32,000 nt of DNA, from sequence record OZ374592.1; one strand, written 5' to 3'. The notes under the pieces were generated by a model that saw nothing but the letters and a program-made list of their open reading frames with translations, ran no database searches and was not told where the DNA came from. How positions within the stretch are numbered: the stretch's first letter is position 1; every line of letters begins with the position of its first letter. A program made the position numbers and the translations under genes. Shown here in pieces: positions 19,073 through 30,819 of the stretch.

Positions 19073-20953
19073 TTAGCTTGCAAGTTTATATTTTTCAGGT
19101 ATAGGAGTATATTCATTAATAATTTCTCGAAATTCTTCTCCATCAATAGTTTCTTTTTCAATTAATAGGTCTACTAATCTATCAATTACTACACGATTTT
19201 CTTGTATGATCTCTAGCGTTCTTTGATGACATTCATGTACAATATTCTGTATTTGCTGATCTATTTTTATTGCAATTTCATCTGAATACTCAGATGATGA
19301 GCCCATGCCTCTGCCTAAAAAAGGATTAGATTCTTCATTTTCTAGTGATAGTGGTCCTATATTTGACATTCCAAAGCGTGTAACCATTTGTCGCGCCATA
19401 GATGTAACTTGTTGTAAATCATTACTAGCTCCAGTAGTTACTTCAGCATCACCAAATACAACTTCTTCAGCTGCTCTACCTCCTAAAGCACCCATTATTC
19501 GAGATTTGATTTGTGATCTTGAAATTAGACTTTGATCTTCAGAAGGAGTAAACCATGTTAATCCTCTTGCTTGACCTCTAGGTATTAGTGTTACTTTTTG
19601 TACGGGATCATGATCTTTAAGCAATGTTCCTACTATGGCATGACCAATTTCATGATATGCAATTAATCTTTTACTTTTACTATCAAGTAATGGTGTTCCT
19701 TCCATCCCAGCTACAACCCTATCAATTGATGCATCTATCTCATTTAATGTAATAGCTTGCTTCCTTCTTCTTGCTGTTAATATTGCTGCCTCATTTAATA
19801 AATTTGCTAAATCTGCGCCAGAAAATCCAGGTGTTCTTCTTGCAATTATGAGCAATGAAACCCTAGGATCAATTTTTTTATTGCGTGCATGAACATTTAA
19901 AATATCAAGTCTGCCTTTAAAATCAGGAACATCTACACTAACTTGTCTATCAAAACGTCCAGGTCTTAATAATGCGGAATCTAAAATGTCTGCTCTATTT
20001 GTTGCTGCAATTACAATAATTCCAGTATTTCCTTCAAATCCATCCATTTCAGTTAATAATTGATTCAGTGTTTGTTCTCTTTCATCATTGCCTCCACCTA
20101 CTCCAGTTCCTCTTTGTCTTCCTACTGCATCAATCTCATCTATAAATACAATGCAAGGAGCATTTTCTTTTGCTTTTTTAAACAGATCTCTTACTCTAGA
20201 TGCACCTACTCCTACAAACATTTCCACAAATTCTGATCCCGAAATACTAAAAAAAGGTACATTAGCTTCTCCTGCTATTGCTTTAGCCAATAATGTTTTT
20301 CCTGTTCCAGGTGGTCCTACTAATAATACTCCTTTGGGTATTTTAGCTCCTACTGCAGTAAAGCATTCAGGTTGTTTTAAGAATGTTACTACTTCTTCAA
20401 ATTCTTCCTTTGCTTCATCAATCCCTGCAACATCATCAAATACAATACCTGTTTTAGCTTCCATTTGAAATAATGCTTTAGACTTTCCAAATGACATAGC
20501 TTGACCAGGACCACCTGTTGGATTGTTGGATCTACGGAATAATAAAGCTAAGCCACCAATTAGAAGTAAAGGAAATAATAAATTTCCTATTAAATTCCAT
20601 ATAGCAGTAGTATTTCTTGTTGGATGCGCATCTAAATCAACATTTGCTTTTTTTAATTTTATTATTAATTCTGGTGCAGTGGCTGGCAACTCTACTCTTA
20701 TTTTCTGTATTCTGTTTCCTAATTCTGGACCCACTGCTTCTACGATTGCAGTATGACTATTATCATACATGTCTACCCTTTTTACCCATCCCATGTCAAT
20801 ATATTCTAAAAAACGACCATAGGTCATTCTTGAACTAGCTACGTTTGTATTAACTGTATTATTAGTTGGTACAAGAAACCCTTGCCACAAAAAAAAGCTA
20901 ATTACTAATATTGGTAATGACCATAGTAAAACAGTTTTCCAAGATAATTTCAT
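19073..20953 (-). CDS. ftsH: ATP-dependent zinc metalloprotease FtsH
   Basis: 626 aa. N-terminal TM segments, AAA Walker [14 protein letters not shown], Walker B VFIDEIDA, zinc site HEIGHA. Confidence 0.97.
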   Translation of the reverse strand: MKLSWKTVLLWSLPILVISFFLWQGFLVPTNNTVNTNVASSRMTYGRFLEYIDMGWVKRVDMYDNSHTAIVEAVGPELGNRIQKIRVELPATAPELIIKLKKANVDLDAHPTRNTTAIWNLIGNLLFPLLLIGGLALLFRRSNNPTGGPGQAMSFGKSKALFQMEAKTGIVFDDVAGIDEAKEEFEEVVTFLKQPECFTAVGAKIPKGVLLVGPPGTGKTLLAKAIAGEANVPFFSISGSEFVEMFVGVGASRVRDLFKKAKENAPCIVFIDEIDAVGRQRGTGVGGGNDEREQTLNQLLTEMDGFEGNTGIIVIAATNRADILDSALLRPGRFDRQVSVDVPDFKGRLDILNVHARNKKIDPRVSLLIIARRTPGFSGADLANLLNEAAILTARRRKQAITLNEIDASIDRVVAGMEGTPLLDSKSKRLIAYHEIGHAIVGTLLKDHDPVQKVTLIPRGQARGLTWFTPSEDQSLISRSQIKSRIMGALGGRAAEEVVFGDAEVTTGASNDLQQVTSMARQMVTRFGMSNIGPLSLENEESNPFLGRGMGSSSEYSDEIAIKIDQQIQNIVHECHQRTLEIIQENRVVIDRLVDLLIEKETIDGEEFREIINEYTPIPEKYKLAS

Positions 20954-21202
20954 ATTTATTAAACCTTAAATTTATTTTTTCTTTTAATCTAATTTAAATT
21001 AATTAATTGTTATTTTTTATTTGTTTGATTTGATTCTATTTAAATAAATTTAACATTTTTAATATTTTATCGGCAACTATATTATAGGAAATATAGAGAT
21101 AATTTATATTGGTAGTGAATAGAAGTTTATATAAGTTAATTTGTTTTTGTTATTTTTCTTATTTTGATTATTCTTATTTGTAATTTTTATAGAGTAATAA
21201 TT

Positions 21203-21388
21203 ATGATTCAAAAAGGTTCAAAGGTTAAAGTATTAAGAAAAGAGTCTTACTGGTACCAGGATATGGGTTCGGTAGTAAAAGTAGATAAAGATATTAAATA
21301 TCCTGTTTTAGTAAGGTTTGATAAAGAAACATATAGTGGTGTAAATAGTAATAATTTTGCTAAGAATGAATTAATTGTGATTGATTAA
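21203..21388 (+). CDS. psaE: Photosystem I subunit IV (PsaE)
   Basis: [28 protein letters not shown]...YPVLVRFDK. The ATG at 21203 gives the conserved 61-aa product. The track extension starts at a TTG. Confidence 0.92.
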   Translation: MIQKGSKVKVLRKESYWYQDMGSVVKVDKDIKYPVLVRFDKETYSGVNSNNFAKNELIVID

Positions 21389-21393
21389 TTATC

Positions 21394-21436
21394 AAAAAAA
21401 TCAAAAGCATTATTATATAATGCTTTTGATTTTTTT
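21394..21436. terminator. Perfect 20-bp hairpin between convergent psaE and psbH
   Basis: AAAAAAATCAAAAGCATTAT, then the 3-nt loop TAT, then ATAATGCTTTTGATTTTTTT. It lies 5 nt after the psaE stop and 6 nt before the psbH stop. A/U tracts flank it on both strands. Confidence 0.65.
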
Positions 21437-21442
21437 ATGTTT

Positions 21443-21646
21443 TTAGCTTCCTAATGTTGCCCAATCTACATCTACATTTTCTAAAATTAATGAAGAGTTG
21501 TATATTTGTAAAATTATTAGTAAAAATAAAAAAAAGAGTAACATGAATACTGCCATAATAGGTGTTGTTCCCCATCCTGGAGCAACTTTACCATACTCAG
21601 AATTCAGAGGTCTTAGAATTTCTCCTAATCTAGTTCTTAGTGCCAT
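21443..21646 (-). CDS. psbH: Photosystem II phosphoprotein PsbH
   Basis: [35 protein letters not shown]... is canonical. Confidence 0.95.
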   Translation of the reverse strand: MALRTRLGEILRPLNSEYGKVAPGWGTTPIMAVFMLLFFLFLLIILQIYNSSLILENVDVDWATLGS

Positions 21647-21722
21647 GATTTTTTAATCTGTTTTTGTATTGTATTGTCTCTATAATATTATTAAGCAAAT
21701 TAACTTTATATGGATTTTATTT

Positions 21723-21854
21723 ATGGAAACTGCAACAGTTCTTAGTATTTTTATTTCTAGTCTATTATTAGGTATTACAGTTTATTCTATATACATTTCT
21801 TTTGGTCCTGTTTCAAAAGAATTACGTGATCCTTTCGAGGAGCATGAAGAATAA
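21723..21854 (+). CDS. psbN: PsbN
   Basis: [29 protein letters not shown]...EEHEE, 43 aa from the ATG at 21723. It lies opposite to psbH/psbT/psbB, as in other plastids. Confidence 0.92.
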   Translation: METATVLSIFISSLLLGITVYSIYISFGPVSKELRDPFEEHEE

Positions 21855-21877
21855 TGAATTATTCTTCTTGTTTATTT

Positions 21878-21915
21878 AACCACTCTAACAATAATCTTGG
21901 ATAGCTAGAGTGGTT
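21878..21915. terminator. 10-bp stem with an 18-nt loop between convergent psbN and psbT
   Basis: AACCACTCTA ... TAGAGTGGTT. This is weaker than the other junction hairpins. Confidence 0.3.
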
Positions 21916-21950
21916 TGAATGTATTATCTATTATTTTTTATATGATATCA

Positions 21951-22046
21951 TTATTTTGCGATTCTAGGAGGGTCTCTAAAGAATATGGCAAAAAATATTA
22001 CCATTAAAGTACCCACTAACAAGAATACATAAACTAGTGCCTCCAT
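21951..22046 (-). CDS. psbT: Photosystem II protein PsbT (absent from the ORF track)
   Basis: The minus strand translates to [31 protein letters not shown] followed by a stop (31 aa). It lies immediately downstream of psbB. Confidence 0.92.
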   Translation of the reverse strand: MEALVYVFLLVGTLMVIFFAIFFRDPPRIAK

Positions 22047-22105
22047 TGTTTTTCTCCTATTGATTCAATAAATATTATTTTTTTAGTTATTTTATGATCT
22101 TTATT

Positions 22106-23635
22106 TTATACTGCACCTTGTTTTTTACTGCTTCTATCACCTAGTTTTTGGAATGCACCAAATTCTACTTGCTCTGTTACCTCTGCACCAATACCTGCAA
22201 ATACATCTCTAAAGATTGTTCGAGAACCATGCCATAGATGTCCAAAGAAGAAAATTAAAGCGAAATTCGCATGTCCAAATGTAAACCAACCTCTTGGGCT
22301 GCTCCTAAATACTCCATCTGACTCTAATGTGGTTCTATCGAATTCAAATACTTCTCCTAACTGTGCTTTACGAGCATATTTTTTGACACTAGGCGCGTCA
22401 GTAAATATTTTGCCGTTTAGTTTACCACCATAAAAATTGACTGTTACACCAACTTGTTCAATACTATATTTAGATTCAGCTCTTCTAAAAGGTATATCTG
22501 CTCTAATTATTCCATCTTTGTCCACTAAAATCACTGGAAATGTTTCAAAAAAAGCAGGCATTCTTCTAACAGCTAGTTCTCGTCCTTCTTTATCTTGAAA
22601 AATTGGATGACCTAGCCATGCTTCAGCAATCCCATCACCTTTATCCATAGGACCGGCTCTAAATAGACCTCCTTTAGCTGGGTTATTACCGATATAATCA
22701 TAAAATGCTAATTTATCTGGAATTTTTGACCATGCTTCCTCTGGTGTTGAGCCCTCATTTAAAGCATTTTCTACTCTTCTTTCAATTTCTTGCTGAAAAT
22801 ATCCACTATCCCATTGATATCTTGTCGGTCCAAATAATTCTATTGGTGTTGTAGCAGAACCATACCACATAGTTCCGCATGTTACAAACGCACTAAAAAA
22901 TACAGCTGATATGCTACTAGATAATACTGTTTCTATATTACCCATTCTTAATGCTCTATAAAGTCTTTGTGGAGGTCTCACTGTTACATGAAATAAGCCA
23001 GCAAGTATACCTACTGTTCCTGCTGCTATATGATGAGATGCAATACCACTTGGATTAAAAGGATTAAAGCCATCAGGTCCCCATGCAGGAGCTACTGGTT
23101 GAACTTTGCCAGTTACTCCATAGGCATCAGAAATCCAAATGCCTGGTCCAAATAGTCCTGTAGCATGAAATGCTCCAAAGCCAAAACATAATAAGCTAGA
23201 TAGTAATAAATGTATGCCAAATATTTTGGGTAGATCTAAAGCTGGTTCACCTGTTCTGGGATCTCTAAATAATTCCAAGTCCCAGTATACCCAATGCCAT
23301 ATAGATGCTAGAAAAAGCATTCCAGATAATACAATATGTGTTATAGCAACACCTTCAAAGCTCCATAATCCAGGGTTAGATACACTTTCTCCAGTTATAC
23401 TCCAGCCTCCCCAGGAATCAGTTACCCCTAGCCTTGCCATAAATGGCATTACAAACATACCTTGACGCCACATAGGGTTTAATACAGGATCTGAAGGATC
23501 AAAAACAGCTAATTCGTATAAAGCCATTGAACCTGCCCAGCCTGACACTAATGCTGTATGCATTAAGTGTACTGAGATTAGGCGTCCAGGATCATTTAAA
23601 ACAACTGTATGTACACGATACCATGGTAGTCCCAT
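22106..23635 (-). CDS. psbB: Photosystem II CP47 chlorophyll apoprotein
   Basis: 509 aa starting [41 protein letters not shown] lies 11 nt upstream of the ATG. Confidence 0.98.
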   Translation of the reverse strand: MGLPWYRVHTVVLNDPGRLISVHLMHTALVSGWAGSMALYELAVFDPSDPVLNPMWRQGMFVMPFMARLGVTDSWGGWSITGESVSNPGLWSFEGVAITHIVLSGMLFLASIWHWVYWDLELFRDPRTGEPALDLPKIFGIHLLLSSLLCFGFGAFHATGLFGPGIWISDAYGVTGKVQPVAPAWGPDGFNPFNPSGIASHHIAAGTVGILAGLFHVTVRPPQRLYRALRMGNIETVLSSSISAVFFSAFVTCGTMWYGSATTPIELFGPTRYQWDSGYFQQEIERRVENALNEGSTPEEAWSKIPDKLAFYDYIGNNPAKGGLFRAGPMDKGDGIAEAWLGHPIFQDKEGRELAVRRMPAFFETFPVILVDKDGIIRADIPFRRAESKYSIEQVGVTVNFYGGKLNGKIFTDAPSVKKYARKAQLGEVFEFDRTTLESDGVFRSSPRGWFTFGHANFALIFFFGHLWHGSRTIFRDVFAGIGAEVTEQVEFGAFQKLGDRSSKKQGAV

Positions 23636-23763
23636 TGAACTACATGCCTCCTATAATAAGAAATTTATATTTTGCCTTTCTTACAATGAATTCTCTTATT
23701 TGTATATCATATTATTCATTATTATATATTATAACATTCTTATAATTTGGATAGTAAAATTTT

Positions 23764-24615
23764 TTATTCAAATTTATAAGAAATCATATTTTTAACTAAT
23801 ACGAAACTAATTATATTGGTGAAGATTAATATGCATATACTATCTTGAAATTTAATATCAAACCAGAGCGTTTGTATAATTTGTGTATTATATGTAATAC
23901 TCGTGTTAATGAATAAAGCTCTAATACTTTCTATTGCGTATGTTAAAGGATTTATACTTGCAATAATTTGAAGCCAATATGGCATAAATGATAAAGGAGC
24001 TAAAGCAGTACTAGAAAAAAGCATAGGGAAATTAGTAATTAGTAGTAATGCTAAAAATTCTATATGACTTGGTAAGATGAATGCAAGACAAATACTGATA
24101 CTGGATGTACTTAAAGTTATCAGAAAGGTGATAAATAATATAATAGTAATATCTATAAAATTTATAGGATGTTGAAATATAATTAAGCTGAATAATATAA
24201 TTACTAATGTTTGTAACATTGTAATTGTGATGATAAAGATTGTAGAAGAAAAGAGTAAAGAGTTGCGGGAAATTAATGGTGATATAAGGACCCGAGTTAA
24301 AAAACCAAATTCTCTATCAAACATTAATGGTAGCCCAGCATTAATGGACCCTGTAAAAGAAGTAAATATAATAATACCAGGACTTAAAAAATTGTTATAT
24401 TGTGTTTCTGCTGTAAATAGTCCTACAGGTGCATTTTGAAAGAGCGCACCAAATAGAATAAGCCATAATAGAGGTTGTATAATTCCAGCAATTAATGTGG
24501 AAGGCCTTCTTATCGTTTGTATATATAAGCGTTTAATTAAAGACGATGTTTCGTAGTATAAATATGTAAATTTAAAATCTCTGGATATTTTCTCTTTAGG
24601 TTTTATATTATTCAT
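23764..24615 (-). CDS. ycf38: ABC-2 type transporter permease (ycf38)
   Basis: 283 aa, multi-TM. The N terminus (RRPSTLIAGIIQPLLWLILFG) is typical of the ABC-2 permease family. The position matches red-algal ycf38. Confidence 0.65.
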   Translation of the reverse strand: MNNIKPKEKISRDFKFTYLYYETSSLIKRLYIQTIRRPSTLIAGIIQPLLWLILFGALFQNAPVGLFTAETQYNNFLSPGIIIFTSFTGSINAGLPLMFDREFGFLTRVLISPLISRNSLLFSSTIFIITITMLQTLVIILFSLIIFQHPINFIDITIILFITFLITLSTSSISICLAFILPSHIEFLALLLITNFPMLFSSTALAPLSFMPYWLQIIASINPLTYAIESIRALFINTSITYNTQIIQTLWFDIKFQDSICILIFTNIISFVLVKNMISYKFE

Positions 24616-24855
24616 ATTTTTGATTTTTACTAGTAATGATTTAATGGTACTTATTATTGTATTAATTTTGTAAATTTATTTAAATAATATTTGACTTCAT
24701 CTATTCAAAATTTATTGTATAGATTTCATTTCTTTATTTATATTGTATATTTTGTGTAATTCTATGATTAAATATGATTAAAGTAAAGTTCAAATTATTT
24801 GTATTTTACATATGCTTTTATTAAATTTTATTTAATTATTTTTGGAGAATTTGAT

Positions 24856-25161
24856 ATGACTACTTATACAATTGAAATACAGCTACCGGATGCAGATACA
24901 GATAGTAAGGTTGAAATAAATTGCCCTGATGATACTTATTTTTTAGATCAGGCGGAAGAAGAGGGAATAGAGTTACCTTACTCTTGTAGAGCTGGTGCAT
25001 GTTCTACTTGTGCAGGTAAATTAGTAAGTGGTACTATGGACCAGTCTGATCAGTCATTTTTAGATGATGATCAAATGGAAGCAGGTTTCGTTTTAACTTG
25101 TGTTGCTTATCCTACATCTAATTGTGTAATCATGACTCATCAGGAGGAAGAATTGTATTAA
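24856..25161 (+). CDS. petF: Plant-type [2Fe-2S] ferredoxin
   Basis: Cluster ligands [11 protein letters not shown]...C (LTCVAYP). The ATG at 24856 is preceded by GGAGA. The track extension starts at a TTG. Confidence 0.93.
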   Translation: MTTYTIEIQLPDADTDSKVEINCPDDTYFLDQAEEEGIELPYSCRAGACSTCAGKLVSGTMDQSDQSFLDDDQMEAGFVLTCVAYPTSNCVIMTHQEEELY

Positions 25162-25184
25162 TTTTGAAGTCTTATTTAGTATTC

Positions 25185-25237
25185 ATATAATAGAGAGTAT
25201 ATGTTTTTTATGAATAAACATATACTCTCTATTATAT
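25185..25237. terminator. Perfect 22-bp hairpin between convergent petF and rps10
   Basis: ATATAATAGAGAGTATATGTTT, a 9-nt loop, then AAACATATACTCTCTATTATAT. It starts 24 nt after the petF stop and ends 19 nt before the rps10 stop. Confidence 0.65.
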
Positions 25238-25255
25238 TTTTTTATTGTTGCGACT

Positions 25256-25573
25256 TTATAATTTTACTTCAATATCGATACCAGGTGGAATATTCAGTTT
25301 CATTAAAGAATCAATTGTTTGTGAAGAAGGTGTATTAATATCTATGATTCTCATATGTGACTTGATTTCAAAGTGTTCACGTGAATCCTTATCTACGTGT
25401 GGAGATCTCAGTACACAATAGATTTTACGTTTTGTAGGTAATGGTATAGGTCCTATTGTTTTTGCATTTGTTCTACTTGCTGTTTCAATTATCTTATTAC
25501 AGGATATATTTAATAATTTATAGTCATAGCTTTTAAGTTTAATGCGTATTTTATTTTTGTCTGAAATTTTCAT
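25256..25573 (-). CDS. rps10: Ribosomal protein S10
   Basis: [15 protein letters not shown]...[14 protein letters not shown]. The ATG at 25573 gives 105 aa. The track start at 25600 is a TTG that would overlap tufA. Confidence 0.9.
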   Translation of the reverse strand: MKISDKNKIRIKLKSYDYKLLNISCNKIIETASRTNAKTIGPIPLPTKRKIYCVLRSPHVDKDSREHFEIKSHMRIIDINTPSSQTIDSLMKLNIPPGIDIEVKL

Positions 25574-25592
25574 ATTTTTATTGATGTTATTT

Positions 25593-26825
25593 TTATACAA
25601 TAATTTTTGATACTACTCCAGCACCAACAGTTCTACCTCCTTCTCTTATCGCAAACCGCATACCTTCTTCAATTGCTATTGGATTAATTAATTCTGCACT
25701 CATGTTAATTCTGTCACCGGGCATTACCATTTCTGCTGCTGTCCCATCATCTGCAGTAAATTGTGTTATAGTGCCTGTTACGTCTGTTGTTCTAACATAA
25801 AATTGAGGACGGTATCCTGAAAAGAAAGGTGTATGTCTACCTCCTTCTTCTTTAGTTAGAATATATACTTCTGCTTCAAATTGTGTATGTGGTGTAATAG
25901 TTCCAGGTTGTGCTAATACCATCCCTCTTTCTATATCTTTTTTTTGTACATTTCTTAATAAAATCCCTATATTGTCTCCTGCTCGACCTTCGTCAAGTGT
26001 TTTTTGAAACATTTCTAAGCCAGTAATAGTTGTACTAGTTGTTTCGCGTAAACCTACTATCTCTATAGTATCGCCAACTTTAATAAGACCTCTTTCGATT
26101 CTACCTGTTGCTACAGTACCACGACCTGTAATTGAGAATACATCTTCTACAGCCATAAGGAATGTTTTTTCTGTATCTCTAACTGGTGTTGGTATGTATT
26201 GATCTACTGCTGCCATCAATGAGTGAATTTTATCTACCCATTCATTTGAGCCTTTAGTAATACTTTCATCTGCTGTTGTTATCTCATTTAAAGCTAATAA
26301 TGCTGAGCCGCATACAAATGGGATATCGTCTCCAGGAAACTTATAGTTTGCTAATAAGTCTCTAACCTCTAATTCAACTAATTCCAGTAATTCAGCATCA
26401 TCTACTTGATCTTCTTTATTTAAAAAAACTACTATGTTAGGGACACCTACTTGTTTAGCCAATAAAATATGCTCTCTAGTTTGAGGCATGGGTCCATCTG
26501 CTGCTGATACAACGAGAATAGCGCCATCCATTTGTGCTGCCCCAGTAATCATATTTTTAACGTAATCAGCATGTCCTGGGCAATCTACATGAGCATAATG
26601 CCTATTTTCTGTTTCATACTCTACATGTGCTGTATTTATAGTAATACCTCTTGCTTTCTCTTCAGGTGCTGCATCAATTTCGTCAAACTTTTTGGCTTTA
26701 GTTTTATTAGTTGCTGCTAATGTTGCTGAAATGGCTGCAGTTAATGTTGTTTTACCATGATCAACATGTCCAATTGTACCAATATTTACATGAGGTTTTT
26801 TCCTTTCAAATTTTTCACGTGCCAT
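25593..26825 (-). CDS. tufA: Elongation factor Tu
   Basis: [18 protein letters not shown] and NKEDQV motifs. 410 aa. Confidence 0.98.
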   Translation of the reverse strand: MAREKFERKKPHVNIGTIGHVDHGKTTLTAAISATLAATNKTKAKKFDEIDAAPEEKARGITINTAHVEYETENRHYAHVDCPGHADYVKNMITGAAQMDGAILVVSAADGPMPQTREHILLAKQVGVPNIVVFLNKEDQVDDAELLELVELEVRDLLANYKFPGDDIPFVCGSALLALNEITTADESITKGSNEWVDKIHSLMAAVDQYIPTPVRDTEKTFLMAVEDVFSITGRGTVATGRIERGLIKVGDTIEIVGLRETTSTTITGLEMFQKTLDEGRAGDNIGILLRNVQKKDIERGMVLAQPGTITPHTQFEAEVYILTKEEGGRHTPFFSGYRPQFYVRTTDVTGTITQFTADDGTAAEMVMPGDRINMSAELINPIAIEEGMRFAIREGGRTVGAGVVSKIIV

Positions 26826-26874
26826 ATCTGTATTTTCCTTGATTATATTTATTTATTAATGTAGTGTTATAATT

Positions 26875-27345
26875 TTAGTAACGATAATGAGCAAAAGCTT
26901 TATTGGCTTCTGCCATACGATGCGTTTCATCTCTTTTACGAATGGTATTACCATTTTCATTCGATGCATCAATAATTTCATTTGCAAGTTTAAAAGACAT
27001 ATTTTTGCCAGATCTTTCAGTTGAAAATTTAGTTAGCCACCTTAGTGCAAGATTTGTTCCTCGGTATGCTCTTACTTCCATTGGTACTTGATATGTAGAT
27101 CCACCAACTCTTCTTGCTTTGACTTCTACTAAAGGTGTTGCATTACGTATAGCCTTTTCTAATATTTGTAGTGGGTTTTTTGAAGTTTTATCTTTTATAA
27201 TATCCAAGGCTTGATAAATTATTTTTTGAGCAAGTCCTTTTTTACCACTTTTTAGTATGCGTACTGTTAACATGCTAATAAGTTTACTATTATATATTGG
27301 GTCGGGCGATATAATTCTTTTTTTTGCTTTATTACGACGTGACAT
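26875..27345 (-). CDS. rps7: Ribosomal protein S7
   Basis: 156 aa with [16 protein letters not shown] and ending ...NKAFAHYRY. Confidence 0.95.
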   Translation of the reverse strand: MSRRNKAKKRIISPDPIYNSKLISMLTVRILKSGKKGLAQKIIYQALDIIKDKTSKNPLQILEKAIRNATPLVEVKARRVGGSTYQVPMEVRAYRGTNLALRWLTKFSTERSGKNMSFKLANEIIDASNENGNTIRKRDETHRMAEANKAFAHYRY

Positions 27346-27382
27346 TTTTAATTATATTTTATGTTTAGTATCAATTAGATGT

Positions 27383-27757
27383 TTATTCTTTAGGTTTTTT
27401 AGTGCCATATTTTGAACGGCTATTATTTCTATCCTTTACGCCAGCCGAATCAAGAGTTCCTCTTACTATATGATATCGTACTCCTGGTAAATCTTTTACA
27501 CGACCGCCTCTAATCAATACTACGGAATGTTCCTGAATGTTGTGGCCAATACCAGGTATATATGCTGTAACTTCAAAGCCTGAAGTTAGTCTAACTCTAG
27601 CTACTTTTCTTAGAGCTGAGTTAGGCTTTTTAGGTGTTGTTGTATATACTCTAGTACAAACTCCTCTTCTTTGAGGACATGCTTTTAGTGCAGGAGATTT
27701 AGTCTTTTTATCAGATTTTTTTCTTTCAGATCTTACTAATTGTTGAATAGTTGGCAT
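27383..27757 (-). CDS. rps12: Ribosomal protein S12
   Basis: [14 protein letters not shown]...[16 protein letters not shown] is canonical. Confidence 0.97.
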   Translation of the reverse strand: MPTIQQLVRSERKKSDKKTKSPALKACPQRRGVCTRVYTTTPKKPNSALRKVARVRLTSGFEVTAYIPGIGHNIQEHSVVLIRGGRVKDLPGVRYHIVRGTLDSAGVKDRNNSRSKYGTKKPKE

Positions 27758-27802
27758 TAGTGATTTTTAATTATATTCATATTTTATTGAATATTTCTTA
27801 AT

Positions 27803-27831
27803 ATTATAAATATTGTGTGATACGCTGTCAA
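27803..27831 (-). promoter_or_regulatory. Exact-consensus sigma70/PEP promoter for the rps12-rps7-tufA-rps10 operon
   Basis: On the minus strand: TTGACA (27831-27826), exactly 17 nt of spacer, TATAAT (27808-27803). The -10 element ends 46 nt upstream of the rps12 ATG. Confidence 0.55.
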
Positions 27832-27876
27832 ACATTTAATTGTTGGCAATATTTAGAGATGTATATATAAATTAAA

Positions 27877-28089
27877 TTATGTGTTTTGTAAATTATATTT
27901 ACGTCTAAATCTTTCTACTCGTCCTTCAGTGTCTATAATTTTTTGTGATCCTGTAAAAAAAGGGTGATTACCTGACCATATATCTACATGTAATTCTGGT
28001 TTTGTAGAGCCTATTGTCATAATATGTTTTCCATCACAGTAAACTTTTGATTCTTTATACCATTTAGGATGAATATTTTGTTTTGCCAT
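27877..28089 (-). CDS. rpl31: Ribosomal protein L31
   Basis: MAKQNIHPKWY...HPFFTG...EGRVERFRRKY, 70 aa. Confidence 0.92.
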   Translation of the reverse strand: MAKQNIHPKWYKESKVYCDGKHIMTIGSTKPELHVDIWSGNHPFFTGSQKIIDTEGRVERFRRKYNLQNT

Positions 28090-28113
28090 ATTGAGCTTAT
28101 CTTTTATTATAAT

Positions 28114-28527
28114 TTAACGTTTTGAATATTGAGGTGCCTTTCTTGCTTTATGTAGACCATATTTTTTTCTTTCTTTAACTCTAGAATCACGTGTTAAGAA
28201 ACCTTCAGATTTTAATGCTGTTCGATTTTCTGGATTTATTCTGCATAATGCTCTAGCTATACCTAATCTAATGGCATCTGCTTGCCCAGTTAAACCACCT
28301 CCTTCAGTTTTAACATGTATGTCATATTCTTTGCTTAATCCTAAAGTTTTTAATGGTCCATATGATATTCTTAAATAGTTTGGGCTAAATTGTAAATATG
28401 ATTCGCCAGGTAAGCCATTTATAATTAGTTTACCAGATCCAGGTATTAACCTTACTCTTGCAATAGATGTTTTTCTGCGTCCTGTTCCAGAATAAATTAC
28501 TTTTTGATTATTTGATGATATAGACAT
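28114..28527 (-). CDS. rps9: Ribosomal protein S9
   Basis: [14 protein letters not shown]...[19 protein letters not shown]...[11 protein letters not shown]. Confidence 0.95.
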   Translation of the reverse strand: MSISSNNQKVIYSGTGRRKTSIARVRLIPGSGKLIINGLPGESYLQFSPNYLRISYGPLKTLGLSKEYDIHVKTEGGGLTGQADAIRLGIARALCRINPENRTALKSEGFLTRDSRVKERKKYGLHKARKAPQYSKR

Positions 28528-28548
28528 TTTGTTATTTTATTATTAATT

Positions 28549-28974
28549 TTATAAAATTATTTCAGGTTTTTGTGCTGAATGTGGATGATTATACTCTGAG
28601 TAGACTTTTAATTGTGTAAATATTTTTCTTGCTAAAGCACCTTTAGGCAGCATGCCTTTTACAGCTTTTTCTATAATTCTATTAGGAATTCTATTATTTA
28701 ATTGATTAAAGTTTTCAACTTTTAATCCACCAGGATGCCCAGAATGCCTTTTATATGTTTTTTGATATTTCTTTTTACCTGTTACTTTTACATGTTTTGC
28801 ATTAATTACAATAATATAAGTCATTGGGTTCATATGCGGTGTATATTGAATACTATTTTTACCCCTTAGAATATTTGCTATTGTTGTACTTAATCTTCCT
28901 AAAGTTTTATTTTTAGCATCTAATAAATACCATTGTGCGTTTTCTGTTTTCTCAGGAATAAATGTTTTGTTCAT
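28549..28974 (-). CDS. rpl13: Ribosomal protein L13
   Basis: WYLLDAKNKTLGRLST...YKRHSGHPGG...MLPK, 141 aa. Confidence 0.93.
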   Translation of the reverse strand: MNKTFIPEKTENAQWYLLDAKNKTLGRLSTTIANILRGKNSIQYTPHMNPMTYIIVINAKHVKVTGKKKYQKTYKRHSGHPGGLKVENFNQLNNRIPNRIIEKAVKGMLPKGALARKIFTQLKVYSEYNHPHSAQKPEIIL

Positions 28975-29015
28975 ATCCTTATTTGTATTATGTATAGTTA
29001 GTTATTGTAGTTTTA

Positions 29016-29957
29016 TTAATTATTAAGTTCTTTTGCTCTTGGTAAGTTAATTCCAAGTCTTTCTTTTAGTGCTTCAATAACTTCTTCAGCTGATTTTTGA
29101 CCAAAGTTTTTTATTTCTAATAATTCTTCCTGTGAATAGTCTAATAAATCGGAAATAGAGTGAATTTGAGCTCTTTTTAAGCAGTTATATGCACGAACAG
29201 ATAATTGTAGTTCTTCTATTAATACTTGATTGATTTGATGTTTATCTTCTATACTATCGTTACTTGCAGGTTGAAAATCTATATTAGTCAGAGGATGAAA
29301 TAATTTAGTTAATATGTTTGCTCCTTGACTTATAGCTTCTTGTGGTGATACACTACCATTTGTCCATATTTCTAATGATAGTTTTTCTTGAATTATAGTT
29401 GAACTAATGCGTTTTTCTTCCACTTTATAATTAAATTTTTTCGCAGGCATAAATACAGCATCTATCTGTAAAAAATCTATAGATTTATTATCTATACCTT
29501 TATCGGCTAATCGATAACCTTGACCTTGTTCAATTCTAAACTCCATTTCAAAAATGGTATTATTGCATATAGTGGCAATGTATTGTTTGGGATCAATGAC
29601 TTGTATTTCAGGAGGTAGTTCAAATAATCCAGCAGTTACTATCGCAGGGCCTTGTATTCGGATTCTACCTATTTGAGGTTCTTGTGTATAACTTTTTAAA
29701 ACAACTTCTTTTAAATTTAATAAGATTTCTAATACATCTTCTCTTACGCCAGTAATTGTAGAGAATTCATGATTAATACCAGCGATTCTTACAGCAACTA
29801 TTGCGGTTCCTTGTAGATCGGATAAAATAGTTCTTCTTAATGAATTACCAACAGTAATTCCTTGTCCTTGTTTTAGAGACTCTAAAATGAAATGTCCATA
29901 TTGTTGACGTGGTCCTTCTGTTTTTGACTCTATGCATTCTATCTCAAAATGAGTCAT
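29016..29957 (-). CDS. rpoA: RNA polymerase alpha subunit
   Basis: 313 aa with the N-terminal assembly domain (GITVGNSLRR) and a C-terminal domain (LSVRAYNCLKRAQIHSISDLL...NFGQKS). Confidence 0.95.
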   Translation of the reverse strand: MTHFEIECIESKTEGPRQQYGHFILESLKQGQGITVGNSLRRTILSDLQGTAIVAVRIAGINHEFSTITGVREDVLEILLNLKEVVLKSYTQEPQIGRIRIQGPAIVTAGLFELPPEIQVIDPKQYIATICNNTIFEMEFRIEQGQGYRLADKGIDNKSIDFLQIDAVFMPAKKFNYKVEEKRISSTIIQEKLSLEIWTNGSVSPQEAISQGANILTKLFHPLTNIDFQPASNDSIEDKHQINQVLIEELQLSVRAYNCLKRAQIHSISDLLDYSQEELLEIKNFGQKSAEEVIEALKERLGINLPRAKELNN

Positions 29958-30019
29958 TGTAAGAAAGTTCCTTGTTATATATACTTAATAAACAGACTAT
30001 TAATAATAAAGTTTGAGAA

Positions 30020-30409
30020 TTAAACTCTTCTTTTTTTTGGAGGCCTGCAACCATTGTGCGGTACAGGTGTTATGTCTTTTATTAAAGTAATTTCTATACC
30101 TGCAGCTTGTAATGCTCTAATGGCAGTTTCTCTACCAGCACCTGGACCATTTACCATTACTTCAGTTTGTCTCATTCCTTGATCTATTGCATGTTTTGCT
30201 GCTTTTTCTGCAGCTGTTTGTGCAGCAAAAGGTGTACCTTTTTTAGCGCCTTTGAAGCCACTAGCACCTGACGAACACCATGATATAGTTTCCCCTTTTA
30301 AGTCAGTAATTGTGATAATTGTATTATTAAATGTTGATTTAATATGTGCAATTCCATTTGCTACTTGTCTTTTATTTTTGTTATTAGTTTTTTTTATTTG
30401 TCTAGCCAT
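30020..30409 (-). CDS. rps11: Ribosomal protein S11
   Basis: [18 protein letters not shown]...[13 protein letters not shown]...[13 protein letters not shown]. Confidence 0.96.
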   Translation of the reverse strand: MARQIKKTNNKNKRQVANGIAHIKSTFNNTIITITDLKGETISWCSSGASGFKGAKKGTPFAAQTAAEKAAKHAIDQGMRQTEVMVNGPGAGRETAIRALQAAGIEITLIKDITPVPHNGCRPPKKRRV

Positions 30410-30438
30410 TGACTTGTTTTTATAATATTCAAATAATT

Positions 30439-30819
30439 TTATTTACGAGGTGCTTTCTTCTTACCGGCCATAGTTTTTTTTGTTCCTCTTCTTGTTCTTG
30501 CGTTTGTACGTGTACGTTGCCCTCTTAATGGTAAACCAATTCTATGTCTTTTACCTTTATAGCAATTAATTTCCATGAGTCTTTTTATATTCATTGACTC
30601 AAGTCTTCTTAAATCTCCTTCAATCTGATAATTAGTGTTTAAAATATTTCTAATAGCAACGATTTCATCGTCATTTAAATTTTTGACTGTTTTGTTAGGA
30701 TTAATATTGATTTGTTGTAAAATTTCTTGAGAGCGAGATAACCCTATACCATATATATATGTTAACCCAATTTCAATTCTTTTATTTTTAGGAATATCTA
30801 CTCCTGCAATTCTTGCCAT
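30439..30819 (-). CDS. rps13: Ribosomal protein S13
   Basis: Conserved start [26 protein letters not shown] at the ATG at 30819. The track extension to 30888 runs into rpl36 and was rejected. Confidence 0.93.
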   Translation of the reverse strand: MARIAGVDIPKNKRIEIGLTYIYGIGLSRSQEILQQININPNKTVKNLNDDEIVAIRNILNTNYQIEGDLRRLESMNIKRLMEINCYKGKRHRIGLPLRGQRTRTNARTRRGTKKTMAGKKKAPRK

